Source: Planctomycetota bacterium (GTDB lineage: Bacteria > Planctomycetota > B15-G4 > SIAN01). From it: a stretch of 64,000 nucleotides of DNA. The stretch spans positions 96,001-160,000 of the forward strand of contig JANNXA010000022.1 of assembly GCA_031409275.1 (NCBI GenBank). The letters are read 5' to 3'. Both the position numbers and the translations under genes were made by a program. The notes beneath the pieces were generated by a model that saw only the letters and a list, made by a program, of their open reading frames with translations, did not search any database and was not told where the DNA came from. Below, piece after piece: positions 45,478 through 54,722 of this stretch. Every line of letters starts with the position of its first letter. Position 1 is the stretch's first letter.

Positions 45478-45696
45478 GTGGACCTCACTGCCGGTTCGCT
45501 GCTCGCTTCGCTGTTCGCAAGTTCGATCGGCTTCAGCCTCTATCTCTACGGCAAGAAGCAGGCGCGGTCGCCTCAGCTCATCGTCGGCATCGTGCTGATG
45601 GTCTTCCCGTATTTCATCGACGGCACGCTCGAGATCGCCGCAATCGCCGCGGCGCTCGTCGGCGCGATGTGGCTGGCGATCTGCTACGGCTGGTAG
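45478..45696 (+). CDS. Small membrane protein
   Basis: 72 aa, hydrophobic, YGKKQ...LMVFPYF motif. Confidence 0.75.
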   Translation: MDLTAGSLLASLFASSIGFSLYLYGKKQARSPQLIVGIVLMVFPYFIDGTLEIAAIAAALVGAMWLAICYGW

Positions 45697-45730
45697 CGGC
45701 GGACGGAGCGACGCACCGCGAGGATCGCGC

Positions 45731-47515
45731 TCAACGGATCTCGAAGTCGGGGCAGCTCGTGCCACCGCGCCGGCTGGCGCCGGTCAGGACCGTTCCGGTC
45801 GGCCCGTCCGGGCGCGCGCTGTAGAGCTCGAACCGTCCGAGCTCCCGTTCATCGGCCGCGTAGAGCAGCAGCTCGGCGTCATGCCAGCACAGCCGGCAGA
45901 CATCGCCGCCGCTTGGTGCGAGGCTTCCCGAGACGCGCTGCAGCAGGGAGCCGTCGCACAGCGCGGCGAACGCCTCGAAGACGCCGTCGACGTTCTGGTC
46001 GGCCACCCACGCGAGACGCAGGCTGTCGGGCGACCATTGGATCGCGGGATCGATCGCCGTGTAGGCCGGATTCTCCGCATCGGACGCGAACAGCACATCC
46101 GCATGCAGGTCGTTGCGGCTGATCAGGAACAGGTTCGATCCGTCGGCGCGCGCGCAGAGCAGGTCGTAGGTCTGCAACGAGATCTCATTGGCGATGTAGG
46201 CCAGCCGGGACGAGTCGGGCGCCCAGCGAAACCTCTCGACGTTCTGCCCGAGCAGCGGCAGCTCGGTGTTGACGCGCTCGTTCGACCGCGATCTTGCGAG
46301 GGGATCGGCGACGTAGAGCTCGACGATGCCGCGTCGATCGAGGTCGCCGCGGAACGCGACCCGTGAGGAGTCGGGAGCCCACTCGAAGGCATCGGGCTCG
46401 AGGTAGATCACGCCGCCGTCGCGATCGAGCGGCCGCTTCGAGATCGGGGTCGCGTCGACGTCAGGATCGGTCGAGCGCGGATCGATGCTCCACAACTCCA
46501 CCAGGTCGGCCTTGATCCCGTCCGTCGCGTAGACGAGGCGACTGCCGTCGGGGGCCCATGCAAACCGAAGGTCGTCGGGATCGAGGTTGGCCGGGTCGAA
46601 GCGCGCCGAAAGACGGCGGTCGTCGCTGCCATCCGCGGCGACGATGCGCAGCTCCGAACCGGCCGCGGCGCCGCTCGCTTGCGCCACGAGGAACGCGAGA
46701 TGCCCCGCGAGGTCGCCCGCCGGCGCCCATCCGAACGGCAAGTAAGGGCGCTCGAATTCGCGGTCCATCGGCAGTCCGGGCGCCGAGGCGAGCGCGGGAG
46801 CGATGCGAAGCGCGTTGCTTCCGTCGGGAGCGACCACGTAGAGATGGAAGTGGCCCGTGGCAGGGTCCCGGGTCGCGCAAGCGAGATGGCTCGAGTCGGG
46901 GTTCCACTCGAATGCGGCCCGCGTCGCGGCGAAGTCTCGGCTGAGCGGGAACGCGACCGGTCCGGCCGCGTCGGGCGAGACCTGGACGAGGTCGGTGCCG
47001 TTCTCGCGGACGGTGAAGAGCTGGGGCACTCCGGTCGTCACCGCATCGGCGACGTAGGCGATTCGCGACGAGTCGGGCGCCCAGACGAAGTCGCGGACTC
47101 GCTGTCCATCGGCGAGGTCTGGATGCACCTTGAAGGCGGGCGTCGTCGTCCGCAGGTCGACCACCCACAACTCGTCGATGTTGGTGAAGACGCGCGCAGC
47201 GACGAACGCGAGCCGGTTGCGATCGGGGGAGATGCCGATGCGCTTGACGGTCCCGCCGCCGAGTTGCGTCGCCGACAGAGAGATCTGGCTCGATCCGTCG
47301 AGGACGACCGCGAACGCTTCCTTCGTCTGGTTGAAGCGCAGGTCGCTGGCGACGACGACATCGACGGCGAGCTTCACGGTCGGCGAGGAGCCGCCGCCTT
47401 GTCCCGGTTTCGACGCCGCGGTGATCGCGCCGGCGCCGCAGGCCGTGAGCATTCCGGCGGCCGCCGCGGCGAGCGCCGCGCGGCTTCTGGTCGAGGCGTT
47501 CATCAAGGTGTCCAT
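45731..47515 (-). CDS. TolB/PD40-like beta-propeller lipoprotein
   Basis: Lipobox MLTAC; repeated F.W.PDSSR[IL]A[YF] units. Confidence 0.85.
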   Translation of the reverse strand: MDTLMNASTRSRAALAAAAAGMLTACGAGAITAASKPGQGGGSSPTVKLAVDVVVASDLRFNQTKEAFAVVLDGSSQISLSATQLGGGTVKRIGISPDRNRLAFVAARVFTNIDELWVVDLRTTTPAFKVHPDLADGQRVRDFVWAPDSSRIAYVADAVTTGVPQLFTVRENGTDLVQVSPDAAGPVAFPLSRDFAATRAAFEWNPDSSHLACATRDPATGHFHLYVVAPDGSNALRIAPALASAPGLPMDREFERPYLPFGWAPAGDLAGHLAFLVAQASGAAAGSELRIVAADGSDDRRLSARFDPANLDPDDLRFAWAPDGSRLVYATDGIKADLVELWSIDPRSTDPDVDATPISKRPLDRDGGVIYLEPDAFEWAPDSSRVAFRGDLDRRGIVELYVADPLARSRSNERVNTELPLLGQNVERFRWAPDSSRLAYIANEISLQTYDLLCARADGSNLFLISRNDLHADVLFASDAENPAYTAIDPAIQWSPDSLRLAWVADQNVDGVFEAFAALCDGSLLQRVSGSLAPSGGDVCRLCWHDAELLLYAADERELGRFELYSARPDGPTGTVLTGASRRGGTSCPDFEIR

Positions 47516-47571
47516 CGAGCCAATCCAATGAGGGCGCATCTTCGCGCCCGACTGCGGTGCGAAACGAAGCG

Positions 47572-48348
47572 TCAGTCGCCGCCCGCTCCGGTGGGCGACT
47601 CCCACGCGCGGATCCGGGTTGCGACGCCATGCGCGGCGGTGGAGATGACCGCGTCGAGGATCAGTTCAGCGACCGCGTCAGGGTCGTCCTGGTCCATCGC
47701 GGAGACGAAGTGTGGCGGGATCAGGAGGCTCATCACGTACGGCAGCGGCGCTCCGCCGTTTCGATCGATGAAGTCGGACGTGATCGGCTCGTTGCCGACC
47801 TGGAACTTCCCGACGTTCCGATCGCTCCGCGCGACGCCTTCGAACAGCGCGATCTCGATCTCGATCGGCGACGCCTGGTCGTAGTCATCGATGAAGAGCG
47901 AGGGGATCCCGACCAGCAACCACCCCACCGTGCCGGCGATCGCGCCACCCACCTTGCCGCTGCGCTCGGCCTCGCGCCGGATCACCTTCGCCACGATCGC
48001 GAGCTGCGGCGGAGGCTCCTGGTCCCAGGCGTAGTCGAGGTCGTTCGCGAAGGGCCGCGGCAGGAGCGCGACCGCCCCACGTCCGCATTCCTTCTCGATG
48101 GCCGCGTGAAGGCGAAGCGACAAGCGATCGTCGAGACACGGGGCGAGGATGGCCGCCGTCACGGCATCCTTCGTGGTCGGCGCAACCTCGCGCAGCTCCG
48201 ACGCATCGACCCGGAACAGCGCGACGCGCGATCGGATCGCGGCCGGGTGGTCGGACTGCACCGCTTCGGCGCTCGACGACGATTGGCATGCCGCGAGAGT
48301 CGCGAGCAGCGCTACGAGAGCGAGCGGGCGCAACGAGAGGTTCGCCAT
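47572..48348 (-). CDS. Hypothetical lipoprotein
   Basis: MANLSLRPLALVALLATLAAC; GGAG upstream; starts immediately after the kinase stop. Confidence 0.75.
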   Translation of the reverse strand: MANLSLRPLALVALLATLAACQSSSSAEAVQSDHPAAIRSRVALFRVDASELREVAPTTKDAVTAAILAPCLDDRLSLRLHAAIEKECGRGAVALLPRPFANDLDYAWDQEPPPQLAIVAKVIRREAERSGKVGGAIAGTVGWLLVGIPSLFIDDYDQASPIEIEIALFEGVARSDRNVGKFQVGNEPITSDFIDRNGGAPLPYVMSLLIPPHFVSAMDQDDPDAVAELILDAVISTAAHGVATRIRAWESPTGAGGD

Positions 48349-48349
48349 G

Positions 48350-51040
48350 TCAGCGGCTCCTCGCGAGCCGGTAGATCGGACGGAAGCCACGCGACGCCCC
48401 CGGACCATCTTGGAAGAACTCCTGGTTCGCGATCTGGCAACGCGGCGCAGCGCAGTGGCTGCTGCCGCCGCAGAAGGGCCGGATCACCGTCGTCGCGTCG
48501 CTCGACCCCAAGAGTCGGCTCCACTCCTCGTCCTCGCGCAGGCACGCCTCCCAGACGTTGCCTTGGACGTCGAAGAGCCCCAGAGCGTTCGCGGCGCGCG
48601 TCCTCGCCGGCCGCACCTCGCCCTCGGAGTTGTCCTTGAACCATGCCGTTTCCGCGAGCGCGGCGGGCGTTGAAGCAGGGTCCTGCGGAGCGCCACCGAG
48701 CGCGAGGTAGCGCCACTCGGCGCTGTAGGGCAGCTCGAGCCCCATGTCGGCGCAGAAGCGGACGATGTCGCGTCCGCTGACCTGGACCACCGGCAGCGAA
48801 CCGTCTCGCGGCGCCGAATCCTCGAGCGGGCGCCAACGCTGCCAGGCGTCGTTCGTGCATTCGGTCTCCGCGACCAGCAGGACGAAGGGCGAGCTGGTTT
48901 CGGGCGCTGTCGTCGCGAAGCGCGGGATCGTGTTCACCACCGCGAGCGGCAGCTCGACTTCGACGAAGCGCAGGCCGCTCTTCCGGTGGATCCAGACGCG
49001 GCGATCGCTCGCCGTTCGCCCGGCCGGATCGAACGACGCTGCCAGCTCGGCAAGACGGCTCGCGCTCTCGTTCGCTGCCACGATCTCCGCCGTCGGCGTG
49101 GTGGCGGCGGGAGTGGCCACGTCGGGCGCGGCGCACTCGGGCGCCTTCGAATCGACGTCGACTTCGGGTGTCGTGGTCGCCGCCACGATGGGCTCGGTGA
49201 CGGGTTCGGATGGCTCGGGAATCGGTGCGGGGTTCCTCGCTCCCGCATCCGCCACGAGCGGCGCCGCCGCCGCGACGGGCGCCTTCACCTCACGCGCGCC
49301 GAGAAGAGTTCCGTCGAGTCTCCGGAAGGTGACCGTCGCTCGGTCGACGCCGGATGGCAGATCGAGCTCCGCGACGAAGCGTCCGTTCGGCAGCACGGTG
49401 CACTGCGGAGGCACTCCGGTCGAAGAGTCGATCTGCAGGAGGTCGAGTCGTTGCGGCGAGAGCGTCGCTCGAATCGAAGCGCGACGATTCGTCGCTTCCA
49501 GCGGGCCGTTGTCCTCGAAGCTCAGTTCGACGGCGGCAGCCTCGGCAACGAAGTGGGTGATCCGGGCCGCGGTGGCATTCCAATCGTCCATCGCCGGCGA
49601 GGCGAAGACGTCCGTCTTGAACTCGCCGAGCGTCGCTTCCCACGCCGATCGCGAGGCGAGGAACTGGCGCGCACGGGCGTAACCGCTGGCGCCGGAGAGC
49701 GGCCAAGGCACGAGCGGCGCGTTGCGGATCAGTGGCTGGATCGCCGCGCGTCGTTGCGCTTCATTCCTTCGCGGGGCCTCGACCACGGGCGGCAGCTCGA
49801 TGCGCCCCTCCAGCGACTTGGCCAGCGCCGGCGGTGGCGCGATCGGCGAGGCTTCGTCCGTGTGGCGCGGGCGATGAGTCGCACTCCAGGCGTTGAGCGC
49901 CACGATCGCGCCGATCACTCCGATCAGGAGCATCCAACTCTTGACGCGTGTCGTCGTCGGTGCCGGCAGCACGGCGCCCGGGCCGCTCAACGCTGCTGCG
50001 ACCAGGGCGCGCTCCTCGACTCGCGCCGCGGCCACGTCGGGTGGCTGCGATGCCGACGCGACGGCCGCCGTTTCGGGGACGACCGATTCGGGGGCGAGCA
50101 TCGGCGTGTCGCGACGCTCGGCCGCTTCGGCCGGGATCGCGGTCGCTTCAAGAAGCGGCGGCTCGGCGGGCAGCTCCGCCGCGGGCAGCGTCGTCGAGGC
50201 GACCGGCGGCGGCTCGAGCGCAGGAGTCGGAAGGATCGCCTTCTGCATGGCGCCGTGCGGCTCGGCGACGCATGCGTTGCGGATCGCGTTCGCGAAGGCG
50301 CGGCAACTCGGATCGCGTCGCGCGAGATCAGGGTCGAACGCGCGCATGACGGCGGTCGCGACGGCTTCGGAAAGGTCAGGGCGCCATTCGCGGATCGGCC
50401 GCGCGGTCGACGCGCTCGCCCTCGGCGAATGGGGCAATTGGCCAGTGAGCGCCTGGTAGACGACGACGGCCAGTGCATGCCGATCGTCGACCAGGTTGGG
50501 TTCCGGCCAGGCGTCGATCGCAGTCGCCATGCCCACATCGGACAGGAAGGCGTTGCCTCCGGTGTCGAAGAGGATGTTGGCTGGATTCACGGCGCCATGG
50601 TGGACGCCGCGCGCATGGCAGAAGTCGAGTGCCGCCGCGATCTCCGTCAACCAGCCGACGACGCTCATCGGCGCGGGGAGGCGGCGACGATCGTCGCCCG
50701 GCATCCGATCGGCGAGCGAGCCGCCGCTCAGGAAGGGCATCACGAAGAAGGGCGAATCGCGGTGCTGGCCGACGTCGAGGATGCGGACGATGGCGCGGTG
50801 CTCGAGACGATTGACGTTTCGCACCTCGCGTTCGAATCGCTCGCGCGGTTCGGGATCGTCGACGAGTTCGCGATGCGGGAACTTCAGCGCGACGAGCGTA
50901 CCGAGGCGGCGGTCCTCTGCCCGATAGACCGTCGACCGGTTGCCGCGCCCGAGCTCGCCGGTCACGACGTAACGGTCGTTGATCCACTCTCCGACGACTG
51001 CCGATGGAGGAACGCTAGGCACAATCCACCTCTTGCACAC
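48350..51040 (-). CDS. Ser/Thr pseudokinase - TM - FGE-sulfatase-like domain fusion
   Basis: LGRG, VALK, RFEREVR, HHGAVNPANIL, LSDVG; TM; C-terminal ANALGLFDVQGNVWE...GFRP. Start uncertain. Confidence 0.85.
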   Translation of the reverse strand: MCKRWIVPSVPPSAVVGEWINDRYVVTGELGRGNRSTVYRAEDRRLGTLVALKFPHRELVDDPEPRERFEREVRNVNRLEHRAIVRILDVGQHRDSPFFVMPFLSGGSLADRMPGDDRRRLPAPMSVVGWLTEIAAALDFCHARGVHHGAVNPANILFDTGGNAFLSDVGMATAIDAWPEPNLVDDRHALAVVVYQALTGQLPHSPRASASTARPIREWRPDLSEAVATAVMRAFDPDLARRDPSCRAFANAIRNACVAEPHGAMQKAILPTPALEPPPVASTTLPAAELPAEPPLLEATAIPAEAAERRDTPMLAPESVVPETAAVASASQPPDVAAARVEERALVAAALSGPGAVLPAPTTTRVKSWMLLIGVIGAIVALNAWSATHRPRHTDEASPIAPPPALAKSLEGRIELPPVVEAPRRNEAQRRAAIQPLIRNAPLVPWPLSGASGYARARQFLASRSAWEATLGEFKTDVFASPAMDDWNATAARITHFVAEAAAVELSFEDNGPLEATNRRASIRATLSPQRLDLLQIDSSTGVPPQCTVLPNGRFVAELDLPSGVDRATVTFRRLDGTLLGAREVKAPVAAAAPLVADAGARNPAPIPEPSEPVTEPIVAATTTPEVDVDSKAPECAAPDVATPAATTPTAEIVAANESASRLAELAASFDPAGRTASDRRVWIHRKSGLRFVEVELPLAVVNTIPRFATTAPETSSPFVLLVAETECTNDAWQRWRPLEDSAPRDGSLPVVQVSGRDIVRFCADMGLELPYSAEWRYLALGGAPQDPASTPAALAETAWFKDNSEGEVRPARTRAANALGLFDVQGNVWEACLREDEEWSRLLGSSDATTVIRPFCGGSSHCAAPRCQIANQEFFQDGPGASRGFRPIYRLARSR

Positions 51041-51115
51041 GCCGCGCGGGGCGCCAGATCGGCCAGACGCAGTTGAGCGACTGCGTGGGCTCTCGAGACA
51101 CGCCTACTACGCGGC

Positions 51116-51679
51116 TCAGCTGCGATTCTTTTTCTCTTCGAGAAGGGCGCCACGTCCCGCGGCATCCCCCCTCGCGCCGGAGCTCTCCGGCGTGCCGTTG
51201 CTCTGCCGCTGCGAACCGGTCGTGGGATCGGCGCCGACGCGCAGCAACACCAATCGAGGCGTGCCGTCGACCACGATCTCGCGAGCTTCGACCATCTCGA
51301 TCGCCAGGGGACCGAGCAGGTCGGCCGCTCCGTGCAGCGAGTCGGAGAAACGACGCGCGATCAGGACGATGCGCGGATCCGTTCCGAACGTGAGCCCCTT
51401 CTGCGGGAAGAGGCGATCGAGGAGGTGCCACATGCGCCGGACATCGGCGAGGACACAGACGCTTCGGCCAAGCAGCGCCTCGGCTCCGCCGCTGCCTTCG
51501 CCGAGGACCACGACGGGCCGCGCACTGCGGTCGACCATCAGCAGATCGAGCACGACGCCCGGTGTCAGCCGCAGAGCGACGTCGATCAGTTCGAGCCCGG
51601 CCTCGAGCAAGGTGGGGTTCTCGACCAGCGGCTGGAGCGACAGCGGCGCCTCGAGGTTCTGCAGTGCCGGGTTCATCAT
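51116..51679 (-). CDS. Hypothetical protein, NucS/PD-(D/E)xK-like fold
   Basis: LLEAGLELID...LDLLMVD..RPVVV...PRIVLIARRF. Confidence 0.6.
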   Translation of the reverse strand: MMNPALQNLEAPLSLQPLVENPTLLEAGLELIDVALRLTPGVVLDLLMVDRSARPVVVLGEGSGGAEALLGRSVCVLADVRRMWHLLDRLFPQKGLTFGTDPRIVLIARRFSDSLHGAADLLGPLAIEMVEAREIVVDGTPRLVLLRVGADPTTGSQRQSNGTPESSGARGDAAGRGALLEEKKNRS

Positions 51680-51820
51680 GGTGTGCGTCCTTGCGAGAGT
51701 CGGCCCGGGCGGGCCCACGCGGCGAGATCCTAGTCACTCGCCGGGAAATTTCTGCGTCTCCGCGTGTCCGAGGCGCAGGAGCACCCTGAAAAAGGTGCCG
51801 AGTCCCGGCGCGAACGTGCT

Positions 51821-52867
51821 TCAGCTGGCGGGGAGATCGCTTCGCCCGCGTCGCTCGCGCGCCATCGAATAGAGCGATTCAAGGGCGTCGAGTTCGCGCT
51901 GCGGGTCGTGGTGCGCGGCGATCCATGGCGGGCCGCGCGCGGCGACCGCGGCGACAGCGGGCTCGCGGCGCAGTGCCGCGATGCAACGCTGCGCGAATCC
52001 GGGGCGATCGGTGAAGAGCAGCGCTTGCTCGCCGTCGCGCAGCCACTCGCGGTTCCCTGGCACCGCGTGCGCGACGACGGGTCGGCAAAGCGCCAGCGCT
52101 TCCAGCAGCGCGTTGGAGAGCCCTTCGTAGTCGGAGCAATTGAGGACCGCGTCCGCCGCGGCGTAGACGCCGCCCATCGATTCGCCCGGAAGCGGACCGA
52201 GCCACCACGCCCACGGCGTGCAGGCCAATCTCGCGCGAACCTGTCGAGCGTAGTCGGCGTCGATCGCGGCGCCGACCAGCACCAGGCGGGCGCGCGGCTC
52301 GACCGCGACGACATCGGCAAACCAATCGAGCGCGCGCAGGTTGCCTTTCACCGGTCGAATGCCAGCGACCAGCAGCGCGAGACGCTCGTCGCCATGGAGC
52401 GAGAGCCGGCGGCGCAGCGCGAAGTCGCCGCTCGGTGCGACGACCCCCTTCGGCACGACGCGCACGCGTCCACGCAGGCTCGGCCAGGTCGCCTCGACGG
52501 CGGCCTGTTGCTCTGGCAGCGCCACCATCGCCGCGTCCGCGCGCGCGACTTCGTCGGCGATGGTCGCTCGTCGCTCGATCGCCATCGGAAGTCCCGGCAG
52601 ATCGCTGCCGGCGAAGGTGACCACCCGCGCCGGCCGGATCGCACCGACCCCGAAGTCGAGCGGCGTCGCGGCCCGGAAGGCGTGATAGACGTGGACGACG
52701 TCGAATCGGTCCGCTGCGCTTGCCGCTTCGGCCAGCGCCGCGCTGCCAGCATGGAACCGGGTCACGTGGTGGCCGCGCCGCATCAGTCCGGTCGCGAGGC
52801 GACTCACGGTCTGCTCGTTTCCGGTCGCGAGCGCCGGTGGCCGCGGCTCGATCAACGCGATCCTCAC
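51821..52867 (-). CDS. GT4 (GT-B) glycosyltransferase
   Basis: GTGA-coupled start VRIALIEP..TGNEQT; AGIRPVKG; NCSDYEGLSNALLEA; VPGNRE. Confidence 0.9.
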   Translation of the reverse strand: MRIALIEPRPPALATGNEQTVSRLATGLMRRGHHVTRFHAGSAALAEAASAADRFDVVHVYHAFRAATPLDFGVGAIRPARVVTFAGSDLPGLPMAIERRATIADEVARADAAMVALPEQQAAVEATWPSLRGRVRVVPKGVVAPSGDFALRRRLSLHGDERLALLVAGIRPVKGNLRALDWFADVVAVEPRARLVLVGAAIDADYARQVRARLACTPWAWWLGPLPGESMGGVYAAADAVLNCSDYEGLSNALLEALALCRPVVAHAVPGNREWLRDGEQALLFTDRPGFAQRCIAALRREPAVAAVAARGPPWIAAHHDPQRELDALESLYSMARERRGRSDLPAS

Positions 52868-53706
52868 GCGGGGGGCTCTCCGCCTGGCAGGTCCGTTGGA
52901 AGATCGCGCCCCATCGCCTCGAGTGGCTCTTGCGTCGATTGCCGCGCCAGCGCGCGACGGAATCCGACGAACAGGCCGCGTAGCAGGCTGCAATCGGCGT
53001 GTTCGCCCCCACCGCGGTCGAACAGGTCGATGAAGCGACGCACGATCCGACCATGCAGGCCACCGTCGGCGCCGGGCGCGAGGCCGAAACGCGTCAAGGT
53101 GTCGGCGCAATCTGCCCGGAGCGCCGAGCGGTCCTCGGCCGTCGCGCTGCGAGCGCGTGCTCGCGTCGGCAGCGGCGCAAGCGACGTGGCGCGCGCCACC
53201 TCCCAAAGTGCGATCGTCGCGGCGTGCGAGAGGTTCATCACCGGATCGGCACCTGGCACCGGAATCGTCACCAGTTCGTGTGCCAGGTCGACCTCTTCCG
53301 TCGTGAGCCCTTTGTCCTCGCGGCCGAAGAGCAGCGCGGGAGCGGCATCGCGATCGGCGGCGATCTGCTGCGCCGCCGCGGCAAGGTCGCGGCGCGGTTG
53401 ACGGAAGCGGCCGACGCGAGCGCTGAACGCGAAGACACGGCCGCACGCGACGAGCGCGCTCGCGACATCGTCGTGACAGGTCACCTGATCGAGCAGCGCC
53501 GCCCCGTGGCAGGCGCGCGCGCGCGCGTCGGCGTTCAGCAGCTTCTCGCGGCGCGCCGGCGACGCGACGACGAGCCGCAACGAGCGCGCCCCGAAGTTCC
53601 ACATCGAACGGGCGATCGCGCCGACGTTGCCTGGCTCGTTGGGCTCGACGAGCACCAGCGTGACATGGTCGAGCGGCAGCGCTGCCGGCGGCTCCGCACG
53701 TTCCAT
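52864..53706 (-). CDS. trmJ: TrmJ/LasT-type SPOUT RNA methyltransferase
   Basis: VLVEP..PGNVGAIARSMWNFG, LLFGREDKGLT, MNLSHA. Confidence 0.88.
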   Translation of the reverse strand: MERAEPPAALPLDHVTLVLVEPNEPGNVGAIARSMWNFGARSLRLVVASPARREKLLNADARARACHGAALLDQVTCHDDVASALVACGRVFAFSARVGRFRQPRRDLAAAAQQIAADRDAAPALLFGREDKGLTTEEVDLAHELVTIPVPGADPVMNLSHAATIALWEVARATSLAPLPTRARARSATAEDRSALRADCADTLTRFGLAPGADGGLHGRIVRRFIDLFDRGGGEHADCSLLRGLFVGFRRALARQSTQEPLEAMGRDLPTDLPGGEPPA

Positions 53707-53762
53707 CTCGTCTCGCTCTCCTGTCTGGCTCGTTCCGGCCGCAGCAACGCGGAGCACGTTAG

Positions 53763-54722
53763 TCAACGCGCCGCCGCGGCGAGCGTGGCGGCGAGGTCGA
53801 CGTGTGCCTCGCGCGGCCCTTCGCCGTGCCAGCCGGCGGTGAGTTCGAGCCAGAGGACGAGCCCCTGCTGAGTCTGAAATGGCGCGTAGCGCCGCGCGAT
53901 GGCGCGATCGCCAGGCGGCTTGCGACCGGGCGCGCCGAAGAGCTTCGCGAAGCGGGCGCGACACCACGAATCGAGCGCGAGGTCGTCGTGACGACCCAGC
54001 AGTCGCAGGGCTTGGCCGGCTGCGTAGGGACCGAAACCGTCGAGCGCCAGGAGCCGGTCGCGCACGGTGGCGGTCGGCAGCGCTGCCTCCTCGAAGTGGA
54101 CGGCGTCGAGTTCCCCGGTCGCGAAGCGCTCCGCGAGCTTGCGGGCGCTCCGCTCGCGATAGCCGACCCGCACGACCTCGCGCCAGAACGCTCCATTGGC
54201 GCTGGCGCAGACGGTGGCGGAAGGGAAGGCGGCGCGGCCCGACGGCGCCCGCGTCCCGAGCGCTTCGACGAGTCGCTCCACCATCAACCGCGTTGCCGAC
54301 CAGGAGCAGTTCGTCGTGAACAGCAGCTTCAGCAGGTCCTCGAACAACGTCGCGCTGGCGAGCAGACGGCCGCCGCCGCGTCGCGCCACCCACGCGAGGT
54401 GCGGCTCCTTCGCGCAGAGCGACCAGAGCTCGGAGTAGTCGTGGTCGAGCCGCAGGATGCGTCGTACCGCTCTCCTCAGCGCGGCGCGAACGGGCTTCGC
54501 GCCCGCAGCGGCACGCGCGGCGCTTCCGGTCACGGTGAGAAGCTCGCCGCGCGCCGTCACCGCGACGTCGTGCGCCGGTCCGCCGGCGTCCACCACCGTC
54601 TCGAAGCGATCGCGGGTGGCGTCGAAGCGATGCGGCGCCAGGTCGATCCAGCCGTGGCCGAAGAGGACGAGCGGGAGTTCGAACGGGGTTCTGGTCGTGA
54701 GCGCGAGGCGAGTCCTGCTCAA
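53763..54722 (-). CDS. HhH-GPD superfamily DNA glycosylase
   Basis: TTGA-coupled start; FEDLLKLLFTTNCSW, AFPS, VGYR, HhH LLALDGFGPYAA...LALDSW. Confidence 0.85.
   Translation of the reverse strand: MSRTRLALTTRTPFELPLVLFGHGWIDLAPHRFDATRDRFETVVDAGGPAHDVAVTARGELLTVTGSAARAAAGAKPVRAALRRAVRRILRLDHDYSELWSLCAKEPHLAWVARRGGGRLLASATLFEDLLKLLFTTNCSWSATRLMVERLVEALGTRAPSGRAAFPSATVCASANGAFWREVVRVGYRERSARKLAERFATGELDAVHFEEAALPTATVRDRLLALDGFGPYAAGQALRLLGRHDDLALDSWCRARFAKLFGAPGRKPPGDRAIARRYAPFQTQQGLVLWLELTAGWHGEGPREAHVDLAATLAAAAR

Noticed and set aside
51821..52867. Selenoneine SenB assignment for the GT4
   Set aside because: The N-terminal GN..T motif is similar, but there is no senA/selD nearby and the AGIRPVK motif differs from what I recall for SenB.
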